A stretch of 64,000 nucleotides of DNA from an uncultured Veillonellaceae bacterium. GTDB taxonomy: Bacteria; Bacillota; Negativicutes; JARBTT01. The notes beneath the pieces are model-generated. The model ran no database searches, had not been told where the DNA came from, and saw only the letters and a program-made list of their open reading frames with translations. The DNA is taken from contig CAWDTA010000002.1 in NCBI GenBank assembly GCA_963805085.1, positions 736,001-800,000 of the forward strand, given 5' to 3'. The position numbers and the translations under genes are program-made. Shown one piece after another: positions 43,473 to 52,421 of the stretch. Every line of letters starts with the position of its first letter. Position 1 is the stretch's first letter.

Positions 43473-44348
43473 TTACTCTATACACTGTAGCAATAAACGA
43501 TCAAGTTTATTTTGTAAGTTCTCAGAAATATGCATTAATGGTAGTCTTGTTTCGGCGGAATGAATAAGCCCTAATTTCTCTAAACAATACTTTATCGGCG
43601 ACGGATTCGGTTCTTCAAATAACAAAGGAATGATCGGTGCTATTTTTGCCCATATTGCTAGTGCCGCCTGATGATCATTTTTTTTGACTTTGTCATAGAT
43701 GCTAATAAATTTTCTGGTGTTCAAATGGGCAGATGCCAATATTCCTCCTTGCCCGCCCAGTACAAGGGTCAAATAGAAAAATATATCTTCACCCGTTAGA
43801 ATGGAAAAGTTAGCAGGGGGCTGACGTAGTAGTTCCATTGTCTGTTTGATATCTCCACTGGCGTCTTTCAAACCAACAATGTTTTTTAACCCCGCCAGGC
43901 GATAAAGAGTTTCATTTTCTACATTCCGGCCTGTACGATAGGGAATATTATAAAGAATGATATCCAGATCTGTAGCTTCAGAAATCCTTAGAAAATGCTC
44001 GTAAATTCCCCTCTGATCTGGCCTATTATAGTAAGGAGAGACAGAAAGAATTCCAGCAACCTGATACTGCTCTACAATTTTCAGTTTTTTCATGACTTTT
44101 TTAGTATCATTCCCACCAAGGCCAATAAAGACAGGCACACGATTATCCGCATACTCCATCGTCTTGGCAATAAGTTGTTCAAACTCCTCATCCGTAACAG
44201 TAGGACTTTCCCCAGTCGTTCCTAGTGGCATAAGACCACTAATGCCTTCTTCAATATAATGATTAATCATTTGTTGATATGATACCAAGTCAATTTTATC
44301 ATCTAAAAAAGGGGTAATAATGGGTAACCAAACTCCATCAATTTTCAT
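43473..44348 (-). CDS. dapA: 4-hydroxy-tetrahydrodipicolinate synthase family protein
   Basis: GTTGESPT, PYYNRP, LYNIPYRTG, GLKDASGD and PNPSPIK motifs. Confidence 0.85.
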   Translation of the reverse strand: MKIDGVWLPIITPFLDDKIDLVSYQQMINHYIEEGISGLMPLGTTGESPTVTDEEFEQLIAKTMEYADNRVPVFIGLGGNDTKKVMKKLKIVEQYQVAGILSVSPYYNRPDQRGIYEHFLRISEATDLDIILYNIPYRTGRNVENETLYRLAGLKNIVGLKDASGDIKQTMELLRQPPANFSILTGEDIFFYLTLVLGGQGGILASAHLNTRKFISIYDKVKKNDHQAALAIWAKIAPIIPLLFEEPNPSPIKYCLEKLGLIHSAETRLPLMHISENLQNKLDRLLLQCIE

Positions 44349-44366
44349 ATCAATTCTCCTCTTTTA

Positions 44367-44465
44367 TTAGTAGTGACCCTTTATTCCTTCATCTCTTTTA
44401 AATCGATCTTGCGCCAACTGGATTAATCGATCAATTAGCTTGGAATAGAGAATCCCACTTGTTTC
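44367..44465 (-). pseudogene. Possible C-terminal remnant of D-Ala-D-Ala ligase
   Basis: ETSGILYSKLIDRLIQLAQDRF...* resembles the Ddl C-terminal helix. Confidence 0.45.
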
Positions 44466-44592
44466 CTATTACATCCTATGTACTTATTATATTCATATTT
44501 TTCACTATTTTTGCTGTTTTAAATGCTTATTTTATTGCAAAAGTTGTTGTATAATCAAAAGATATAAAGATCAATGAAGAGAGGATACTCCT

Positions 44593-45501
44593 ATGGAAAT
44601 AGAAAATAAAACGATTTACTACAAAAGCGGCTACTTACTGAAAAACTTTGAACTTTTTCACTTAAGAGATAAAAAAAATATGCAATTCGAATTTCACTAC
44701 CATGATTTCAACAAGATTATCATTTTCATCTCTGGCAAGGTAACTTACTTAATTGAAGGAAAAGCATATCAATTAAAACCATGGGATATCCTCCTCGTAA
44801 ACAGTAACGAAATTCATAAACCCTTAATTGACGCTGGAGAAACCTATGAACGTATGGTAATTTGGGTCAACTCCTTTTTTTTAATGAAACAAGATAATGG
44901 AGAAAACACGTTATTGACTTGCTTTGCACTCGCGACCCAGCGGAAAATGAATTTGCTACGCTTAACCCCTGAACTACTTCCTATAATTAAGAATATCCTT
45001 TTTGAGCTAGAAGATACAGATATAAACCAAGAATTTGGTAGTACAATTCTTAAAAACTCTTTATTTTTACAATTAATTGTATACCTTAATCGCATCTCCT
45101 TGGGTATTGAAAACGACAAAGAACAACCTGATATTCAATATGATAAAACCATCGCACGGATATTGCATTATGTGAATGAAAATCTAAGTGAGGATCTATC
45201 TATGGATAAATTGTCCAGCGTATTTTTTCTGAGTAAATATTACCTGATGCATAAATTCAAACAGCATACAGGATATACTCTTCATAATTACATATTGCAA
45301 AAACGATTGATTGCTGCTAGCGCTCTGATTAAGGAAGGAAAATCAATCACCACCGCCTGCACTGAATCAGGGTTTAGTGATTATTCAAATTTTCTTAGAG
45401 CCTTTAAAAAAATGTTTGGTCTCCCACCCAAAAAGCATGTCCAACTACTACATGAACAAGAAAAAATAAGTGGTCACAATGGCCGCAATTTAGTTTTGTA
45501 G
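44593..45501 (+). CDS. AraC-family regulator
   Basis: Cupin HYHDF...H and C-terminal SGFSDYSNFLRAFKKMFGLPP. Confidence 0.92.
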   Translation: MEIENKTIYYKSGYLLKNFELFHLRDKKNMQFEFHYHDFNKIIIFISGKVTYLIEGKAYQLKPWDILLVNSNEIHKPLIDAGETYERMVIWVNSFFLMKQDNGENTLLTCFALATQRKMNLLRLTPELLPIIKNILFELEDTDINQEFGSTILKNSLFLQLIVYLNRISLGIENDKEQPDIQYDKTIARILHYVNENLSEDLSMDKLSSVFFLSKYYLMHKFKQHTGYTLHNYILQKRLIAASALIKEGKSITTACTESGFSDYSNFLRAFKKMFGLPPKKHVQLLHEQEKISGHNGRNLVL

Positions 45502-45518
45502 TTCTCTGCCTATTTACT

Positions 45519-45707
45519 TAGATTCACTACTTTTGAACCGCTGGAACAAAAAAAAATAAAGAAATCAGCAATGAAGCTAATTTCTTTATTTTAATAGTTA
45601 TCATGTATATGAAATTGTGCAGTAACTGCGATTCATCAGAATCCAACTTTTTTTCTACCGAAGCGAGCGAAGTAATTTTGTCATTTTAACTGTTTTCTGT
45701 AACACCT
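45519..45707 (-). repeat. Relic copy of gyrA 3' end, its terminator and the ppx upstream region
   Basis: Matches about 55747-55773 and 55900-56060. Confidence 0.88.
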
Positions 45708-45785
45708 CTATATCTTTTCTCTAAAGATATATGATCCCATAGTCATTTCTTATCACAGCACTAAAAAGAGAGCTTTCTTTAGCCT

Positions 45786-46865
45786 TTAATATTCATTAAA
45801 CATACGCTGAATTTCTTTTGGGTCATTTGTTTTTGTCAGTGCCAGTTGCAATAATACTCTTGCTTTCTGCGGATTCAGAGTATCTCCATCTAAAAAACCT
45901 TCTGCAGTCCATTGCTCAGAGGAAGGCAGTACCAGACCATTGCCGGTACGAGAGCTGCGTACAACGACAATACCTTTCTTCTGCGCTTCAACCAAAGCAG
46001 GTTCTGCATTTTTATGAATGCTTCCCATCCCGCTGCCAGCATATACAATTCCCTTTGCTCCTTCTGCAATAACTGCATCTACCAACGCTCTACCTTCGTT
46101 TACATGTGTATAAATTATTTCTACATTCGGCAAATCCGTCAATCCAGATACATCAAATTCCGTTTGTCTTGTGTGCTTCCTTGTAGATTCTTTATAAAAA
46201 TATGGTCTTTCAGCACCAATATAGCCTAGGCAGCCTAGTTCCGGTGCTTTAAATGTACTTACTGTTGATGTGTTCGTCTTTGTAACATCGCGTGCGCCAT
46301 TAATCTCATCATTCATCACAACCAGTACACCTCTTCCCTTCGAAGATTTATCACCAGCTACTCTGACCGCATTCAACAGATTGATTGGCCCGTCCGCACT
46401 GATTGCTGTTGCCGGACGCATTGCACCGACAATAACAACAGGCTTATCACTTTTTACAACAAGATTCAGAAAATACGCCGTTTCCTCCAATGTGTCTGTA
46501 CCATGGGTAATTACAATACCATCAACATCATTGCTCGCAAGTAGTTCATTACACCTCGTCGCCAATTTCAGCCAAACATCATTTGTCATATCATTGCTAC
46601 CAATACTTGCAACCTGCTCACCGCTGACATTAGCATATTTTTTCATCTCTGGTACAGCATTTATCAAAGTTTCAATACCGATAGCGCCGGCTTTATACCC
46701 TGTTACTTTAGTGTTTGAATCCGCACTGCCGGCGATTGTTCCACCAGTTGCCAAAATTTTAATATTTGGCAACTCATTTTTCTCATTTGCGAAACCGATT
46801 GAACTCACCCCTAGAAAAAAAACACACAACAATACCGAAACAAGAATTCCTGCTTTCTTTTTCAT
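45786..46865 (-). CDS. Type II (secreted) asparaginase, likely fructose-asparaginase FraE
   Basis: Signal peptide; ATGGTIAG, HGTDTLEE and LNPQKAR motifs; fra gene context. Confidence 0.88.
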   Translation of the reverse strand: MKKKAGILVSVLLCVFFLGVSSIGFANEKNELPNIKILATGGTIAGSADSNTKVTGYKAGAIGIETLINAVPEMKKYANVSGEQVASIGSNDMTNDVWLKLATRCNELLASNDVDGIVITHGTDTLEETAYFLNLVVKSDKPVVIVGAMRPATAISADGPINLLNAVRVAGDKSSKGRGVLVVMNDEINGARDVTKTNTSTVSTFKAPELGCLGYIGAERPYFYKESTRKHTRQTEFDVSGLTDLPNVEIIYTHVNEGRALVDAVIAEGAKGIVYAGSGMGSIHKNAEPALVEAQKKGIVVVRSSRTGNGLVLPSSEQWTAEGFLDGDTLNPQKARVLLQLALTKTNDPKEIQRMFNEY

Positions 46866-46923
46866 ATTTATTTCTCTCCCCTCTATATTTTCCTTGTATT
46901 TTTCAACCATATGGGTACTTCCA

Positions 46924-47340
46924 TTATTCCAAAAGTTCTGCCGCTTTTTTTCTGACCATAACAAGCTCATCCTCTGTCATATCAATGTATTTACTATTCT
47001 CAGCTGTAGTATCTGCAGCTTGAATATACATCATTTTGGTATCCGATTGAGTAATCGTATTAAACCAAGTATTTTTAGGGATATGATATATTTTATTTGG
47101 CTCCATCTTAATTAAATCAATATCAAAACCATTTTTATTTCTAGATGCCGAAAGCAACACTGCCCGTCCCTGCATCAAAACAAATTCCTCATCAGATTCG
47201 TAGTGTGTTTCCAGTGCTTTTATATATCTGATATCGTTATTCGGCTTCCAATTCTTTATACATAAAAGCCAGCCTTCATTTTTAAAAACACATTCTATTC
47301 CTTCATCATCATATTCAAATATCTTTGCAATTTTCGGCAT
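46924..47340 (-). CDS. Hypothetical cupin-like protein
   Basis: 138 aa with RBS aaggag; ETH..SDEEFVLMQG and YHIPKNTWF resemble a cupin fold. Confidence 0.65.
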   Translation of the reverse strand: MPKIAKIFEYDDEGIECVFKNEGWLLCIKNWKPNNDIRYIKALETHYESDEEFVLMQGRAVLLSASRNKNGFDIDLIKMEPNKIYHIPKNTWFNTITQSDTKMMYIQAADTTAENSKYIDMTEDELVMVRKKAAELLE

Positions 47341-47368
47341 ATTCGATTTCTCCTTTATTTTTGCTTAA

Positions 47369-48238
47369 TTAATCACTAAATTTTTTACCATAACCAAAGC
47401 CACCGTGAAGCATTACTGTTCTAGCTGCAGATTCACTGCCCTTTTTCATAGCTGCAAGAACAGCATCGTATTTTTTAACAGCAGCAGATTCTCCATTGAC
47501 ACAGTTCTTTTGCCACTGGACAATACAGAGCAGAAACCCTGTCAAAAAGGAATCTCCTGCTCCCATGGTATCAAGTGCATCAATATATGGTGGTTTATAC
47601 GCAATTTTCTCTTTATCATCATAATAAAAAGCTCCTTCAGAACCGCGTGTTGTGATAACAATATTGCAGTCCATGCCCAACAATTTTTTTGCTTTTTCAT
47701 CCATTTCAGCTACCGTGATATCTCCGCAGGAAACAAAACCGTAATCCACGTACGGACATACCTGCTGAAAATATCCATCTGTTCCTCTTACAGAAAAATC
47801 AAAAGATAACGTTACCCCTGTACTCTTTATCTTTTCCAGTTCCGGTTCCAAGTAGCTATTCAAACTGGTATGAACTAAATCGAAGCCCCCGATATATTCC
47901 AAATCTTCTCCGCTCAGCTTCATTGGATTTTCGCGCAAAATGCCACCTTTATTACTGCCCAGAAATATACGATCGCCATTTTCTAGTTTCACTCTGGCAG
48001 CGCCGTTTTCACCAGAAGCAACTTTACAATGGCTCATTTCTATGTTTAATTTTTTAATGGTATTCTGTACATGATTCGCCGCTTCATCTGTGCCAAAAAA
48101 ACCCATATATGATGCAGCAACACCTAAAATTTTTGCATTTGCTGCAAAATTCAATGCATTACCACCAGGATACATAATTTTACTGTGCATATATTTATCG
48201 ACAACGTTATCACCTAGGCCAAGCACTTTTAAGGACAT
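47369..48238 (-). CDS. PfkB-family fructosamine kinase (FrlD/FraD-like)
   Basis: GDNVVDKY, YPGGNALN and DTMGAGDSF motifs. Confidence 0.88.
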   Translation of the reverse strand: MSLKVLGLGDNVVDKYMHSKIMYPGGNALNFAANAKILGVAASYMGFFGTDEAANHVQNTIKKLNIEMSHCKVASGENGAARVKLENGDRIFLGSNKGGILRENPMKLSGEDLEYIGGFDLVHTSLNSYLEPELEKIKSTGVTLSFDFSVRGTDGYFQQVCPYVDYGFVSCGDITVAEMDEKAKKLLGMDCNIVITTRGSEGAFYYDDKEKIAYKPPYIDALDTMGAGDSFLTGFLLCIVQWQKNCVNGESAAVKKYDAVLAAMKKGSESAARTVMLHGGFGYGKKFSD

Positions 48239-48406
48239 TTCTAACACCTCTTATAAAGAATCACATTTTTTATATTGACAATATTTATAATATTCAGATA
48301 ATTATAATATGAATGACCTAGTATTAATTTCGTCATTCTGTCCAACGAAATCAATACTAGGTTCATCATTGAATCCTTAATCCCAACATAAATTTGCTAA
48401 AATAAA

Positions 48407-49381
48407 TTAATATTCAACTTTCCACATGTAACGTCTGGTCGTCAAAGGATGCTGGCGGACATCAGCAAGGGCTTTGTTATATACGGCATAAACGTTATTA
48501 AAAAGAGAATGATTGAAGTAATCTACAACAGCTACATCAATTGTAGACAACCCTAGATCCTTGGCATCCAAAATTTCAACGCGTTTTGCATATTTGTCTA
48601 GAAAGGCAACCGCACGTTCATCAAGTGCACGAGTAGATCCCTCCGAAAGTTGCAAAATAAAAGGAATCTCCTTATCTATAATTTCAAACGGTCCATGGAA
48701 GAATTCACCTGTATGGATGCAAGCTGAGTTGATCCATTGCATTTCCAAAAAGATGCAGATACTTTCAATATAAGCAGCACCCCAGCCAGCACCGCTGGCC
48801 ATCGTATAAATAACCTTATCATTTTTATATTCTTGCGCAAAATTTAGCGCACGCTTTTCAACATGTTTGCATGCATTTTTAGTAATTAAGTCAATTTTGC
48901 CTACACCTGCCATCAGCTTGTCATAGTTTTCGTACCCTTCCGTCTGATTGACAATTTCTACCGCAGTCAACAATCCGATAATCGCTTTTTCTCCACCAAT
49001 ATCCTTATTGTCTCCAAAAGTATAGGTAAGTACATAATCACAATATTGAACCAATTCAGAATCCGTAATCCATGTAAGACCGATTACCGTAACGCCAGAC
49101 TTTTTCGCAATTTCTGCAGCCTTTATTGTTTCCGGTGTATTCCCTTTATGCGATGCTACGATTACAACCGTATTTTTGCCAAAAGCGTTAGGCAGGCTAT
49201 GCACAAATTCATTGCTCGTATACAGGCCAACTTTTATTGTAACCGCTTCTTTTTCCACAAATGTTTTTGCTGGATAAAATGCCCCAAAAGAGCCTCCGCA
49301 GCCAATATAATAAACCTGTTTAATGCCACCAACTTCGGCCTTTTCCTCAACAATTTTTTGAATAACTTCTTTTACATCCAT
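48407..49381 (-). CDS. Fructosamine-6-phosphate deglycase (FrlB/FraB-like, SIS)
   Basis: GCGGS, SHKGNTPET, EMQW, GEFFHGPFE and HPLTTRRYMWKVEY motifs. Confidence 0.9.
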   Translation of the reverse strand: MDVKEVIQKIVEEKAEVGGIKQVYYIGCGGSFGAFYPAKTFVEKEAVTIKVGLYTSNEFVHSLPNAFGKNTVVIVASHKGNTPETIKAAEIAKKSGVTVIGLTWITDSELVQYCDYVLTYTFGDNKDIGGEKAIIGLLTAVEIVNQTEGYENYDKLMAGVGKIDLITKNACKHVEKRALNFAQEYKNDKVIYTMASGAGWGAAYIESICIFLEMQWINSACIHTGEFFHGPFEIIDKEIPFILQLSEGSTRALDERAVAFLDKYAKRVEILDAKDLGLSTIDVAVVDYFNHSLFNNVYAVYNKALADVRQHPLTTRRYMWKVEY

Positions 49382-49407
49382 GAAAATTCCTCCTTAAAAA
49401 TTAAATA

Positions 49408-50754
49408 TTAAAATAAGCTGCTGCCAATTAATGTAGCAACTATTACTGAAACAACAACATTAATAATTCCTGGTCTCATATAGCTATGATTTAAGACATA
49501 TTTCCCTATATGAGTAGTTCCTGTATCGTCAAACGATATCCCTGCGATGCACTGCCCTGCAACTGGAAAAAAGAAATATCCGTTTACAGCAGGCCATGCA
49601 CCAATCATAATATACGCTGGCAAACCAAAAGCCAGTGCCAACGGCATCAAGATCATTGTCGTAGCTGCCTGACTCGTTACCAGAGCAGATACAATAAACA
49701 TTAATATTGGGAAAATTACGATATTCCCATTCATGTATGCCGAAACATTTTCTTTAATAAATGCCATTTGCCCATTTACAAAAGTATCACTCATCCAACA
49801 TAAACCAAATGCACAAACAACTGCTAATATGCCGGAGCGAAAAACAGAGCAGTCTAATATGGATGAAATCTTTGGCTTGCAAGCAATAACAATAATAGCA
49901 GAAAAGGTCAGCATAACAATTTGTATAGTCTGAGACATTGAAATAGCTTTTACTATCCCTTTTGCATCAGCAAAAGCAGGACGTAATTCTGGGAATGTCC
50001 CCATTAACACGATGGCAACTGTACCAATTAAAAACAATACAACAGATAATTTTTCTTTAAATCCAAAAGTACGATTCTCTCTCTTTTCTAAATTTGCGAC
50101 TTTTATCAGACCTTCTTGCAGACGGCGCTGATATTCAGGATCATCCTTAAGCTCCGCACCTTTTCGATAAACAGATGCAGCTCCAACAAGTACCCCTACA
50201 AACGTTGCCGGAACACAGATTGCCATAATAGTCCCCATGCCTATACCAAGCGGAGTCAAAAAACCAACCATAGCTGCCATAGCAGCTGATATTGGCGATG
50301 CTGTAATTGCCTGCTGAGACGCTACAACTGCAATAGATATCGGCCTTTCAGGTCTAACGCCATATCCTTTAGCGACTTCCTGTATTACTGGCAGTAAACT
50401 ATATATGACATGGCCTGTACCTGCCAAAAAAGTAAATACGTATGTTACGATAGGAGCCAATATGGTAATGTGTGAAGGATACTTACGAAGTATTTTTTCC
50501 GCCAAAGACACCAAAAAATCTAATCCGCCACAAACCTGTAATGACGAAGCAGCCAAAACTACTGCCATAATAATTAACATAACATCAATCGGAGCTGAAG
50601 TCGGTGGTATGTGGAACAAGAAAACCAATATTCCTACACCAAGACCGCCAGCCAATCCCAAGAACACATCGCCTACGCGAGCACCATAGTAAAGAATAAC
50701 TAATACAAGAAGCAGCTCAAGCCAAAATATGATAAAACCCTTCTTTCTATCCAT
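49408..50754 (-). CDS. DcuA/DcuB-family transporter (FraA-like); start codon uncertain
   Basis: GTGHV, RPERP, ASQQAITASPISAA, ELKDDPEYQRR and GKYVLNHS motifs. Confidence 0.85.
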   Translation of the reverse strand: MDRKKGFIIFWLELLLVLVILYYGARVGDVFLGLAGGLGVGILVFLFHIPPTSAPIDVMLIIMAVVLAASSLQVCGGLDFLVSLAEKILRKYPSHITILAPIVTYVFTFLAGTGHVIYSLLPVIQEVAKGYGVRPERPISIAVVASQQAITASPISAAMAAMVGFLTPLGIGMGTIMAICVPATFVGVLVGAASVYRKGAELKDDPEYQRRLQEGLIKVANLEKRENRTFGFKEKLSVVLFLIGTVAIVLMGTFPELRPAFADAKGIVKAISMSQTIQIVMLTFSAIIVIACKPKISSILDCSVFRSGILAVVCAFGLCWMSDTFVNGQMAFIKENVSAYMNGNIVIFPILMFIVSALVTSQAATTMILMPLALAFGLPAYIMIGAWPAVNGYFFFPVAGQCIAGISFDDTGTTHIGKYVLNHSYMRPGIINVVVSVIVATLIGSSLF

Positions 50755-51019
50755 ATTTACTATTCAAAACAAGAAACCAATCAGATGCACTTCTCCAACA
50801 ACTGCTTATTTGAGCTATCTAGAATTCAAATTCACTTCTACTAAAATCCTTTCAGTTAAATAAATCTCTTTCAAAAAGCTACTATTTTTGCGTGCATATA
50901 GATTACAATATATTTGTAATCTATTGTTATGATAACATTATAGTACAAATATAACAATAGAATTTTACAAAAAAAATTTGCGGCAGAAGAAGATCTTCTA
51001 CCGCAACATCATTGTCGCT

Positions 51020-51368
51020 TTATCTATTTAATTTTAAAATATTTTTTCGTATCCAAAAACTATTTAAAATCAGCACCAATCCTGAAAAAACAGACACATA
51101 TTTTATATTGAAACAAGCGCTCATAGCTCCGCCAAGAAGTGGACCAATTCCCTTTCCTATCCGCAATTCGTCCCCATACTGGTGCCATGAAAGCTCCGAC
51201 AATAAATCTGACAGAAAATATAGCACCGGACCATAAACTCACTTCAGAAAAAGAAACTCCCAATTCATTTACCAGATATAACGGCAAAAATGGTATAAGC
51301 ATTGTGTAACTTGCTGAGGTAAATACTACATTACAAGACAATATCGCCAAAACTATTTTCCAGTTCAA
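51020..51368 (-). pseudogene. MFS transporter remnant (MdtG-like), internally deleted
   Basis: IPFLPLY...APVWGRIADRKG joined out of frame to the C-terminal GPLLGG. Confidence 0.7.
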
Positions 51369-51557
51369 AAAATCTCCTCGATTTCTTTACCTTGTTTTTA
51401 AAGATTTACACAATTAATATAACATTACAGTACATTTGCTGTCAATTTTACTTAGAATAGTACATTATTAAGCTTTCATTTGTATATAATTGTATTGTAC
51501 TATATAATACAATTATACTATTGTAAAATGCTACTTTAAAGGAGTCCTTAATATAAT

Positions 51558-52271
51558 ATGAAACTTGACGAAAATAGCTCTGACCCTTTATACCTTCAAT
51601 TAGAAAATATCGTAAAAAATGAAATTGACTGCGGCAAATGGAAAAAAGGCGAAAAAATTTCTACCGAGGTCGAGCTCAGCAAAATGTATAATGTCAGCCG
51701 TATTACGGTTCGAAAAGCACTTAATTCGTTGACACAAAAAAATTACCTGATTCGCCGTACCGGAAAGGGCACTTTTGTTTCAAATGACAAAATTCAGCGT
51801 CCTGTCTCCGGTGTTATCAGCTTTTCCAAGGTTTGCGAAACCTTCGGCCTTAAGTCGGGCGCTAAAACTATAAAATCAGTTATCGAACCAGCAAATGAAG
51901 AGGACCAGCAAAAGCTTAACCTTACAGCAGCGGAAAGTGTCATCGTTATCGAAAGGATCCGTTATGCGGATGATATACCTGTATCTGTTGAAACTTCACG
52001 CTTTCTGGAGGATTTTTCTTTTCTTCTTGACGAAGATCTCAACAATATCTCAATGTATAAGCTTATTGATAACAAATATCATCTTACTTTCAACAACTCA
52101 AAAAAATTTATTGAAATTGTATTTGCCTCCTACGAGCTTTCGAAATATCTTAACGTACCCAAAAATTATCCACTGCTTTTTATTGAAAGCACTCTTTTTG
52201 ATCCATTCAATAAAAAATTATGCCTAAATAAACAATATATTTTAGGCGACCGTTTTCAACTCATCGTCTAA
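51558..52271 (+). CDS. GntR/HutC-family regulator (FrlR/FraR-like)
   Basis: PLYLQL...VSRITVRKAL...GKGTFV plus UTRA domain. Confidence 0.9.
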   Translation: MKLDENSSDPLYLQLENIVKNEIDCGKWKKGEKISTEVELSKMYNVSRITVRKALNSLTQKNYLIRRTGKGTFVSNDKIQRPVSGVISFSKVCETFGLKSGAKTIKSVIEPANEEDQQKLNLTAAESVIVIERIRYADDIPVSVETSRFLEDFSFLLDEDLNNISMYKLIDNKYHLTFNNSKKFIEIVFASYELSKYLNVPKNYPLLFIESTLFDPFNKKLCLNKQYILGDRFQLIV

Positions 52272-52349
52272 TAAAAGGCCTCACCAATGATATACTCCTC
52301 TGTAATAGATAGGTAAAACCCCTAGACCTCTGGTTTTCTTTATATAATA

Positions 52350-52390
52350 CAACAAACCTGGCATCGTAAAAACGATGCCAGGTTTGTTAT
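52350..52390. terminator. Bidirectional terminator
   Basis: aacaaacctggcatcgt / acgatgccaggtttgtt. Confidence 0.75.
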
Positions 52391-52421
52391 TAAAGCCTTC
52401 TCTTTTTTCAACTATATTCTC

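Noticed and set aside
46270-47115. 281-aa plus-strand ORF, and many similar shadow ORFs across the window
   Set aside because: Antisense to well-supported genes, with no RBS or motifs
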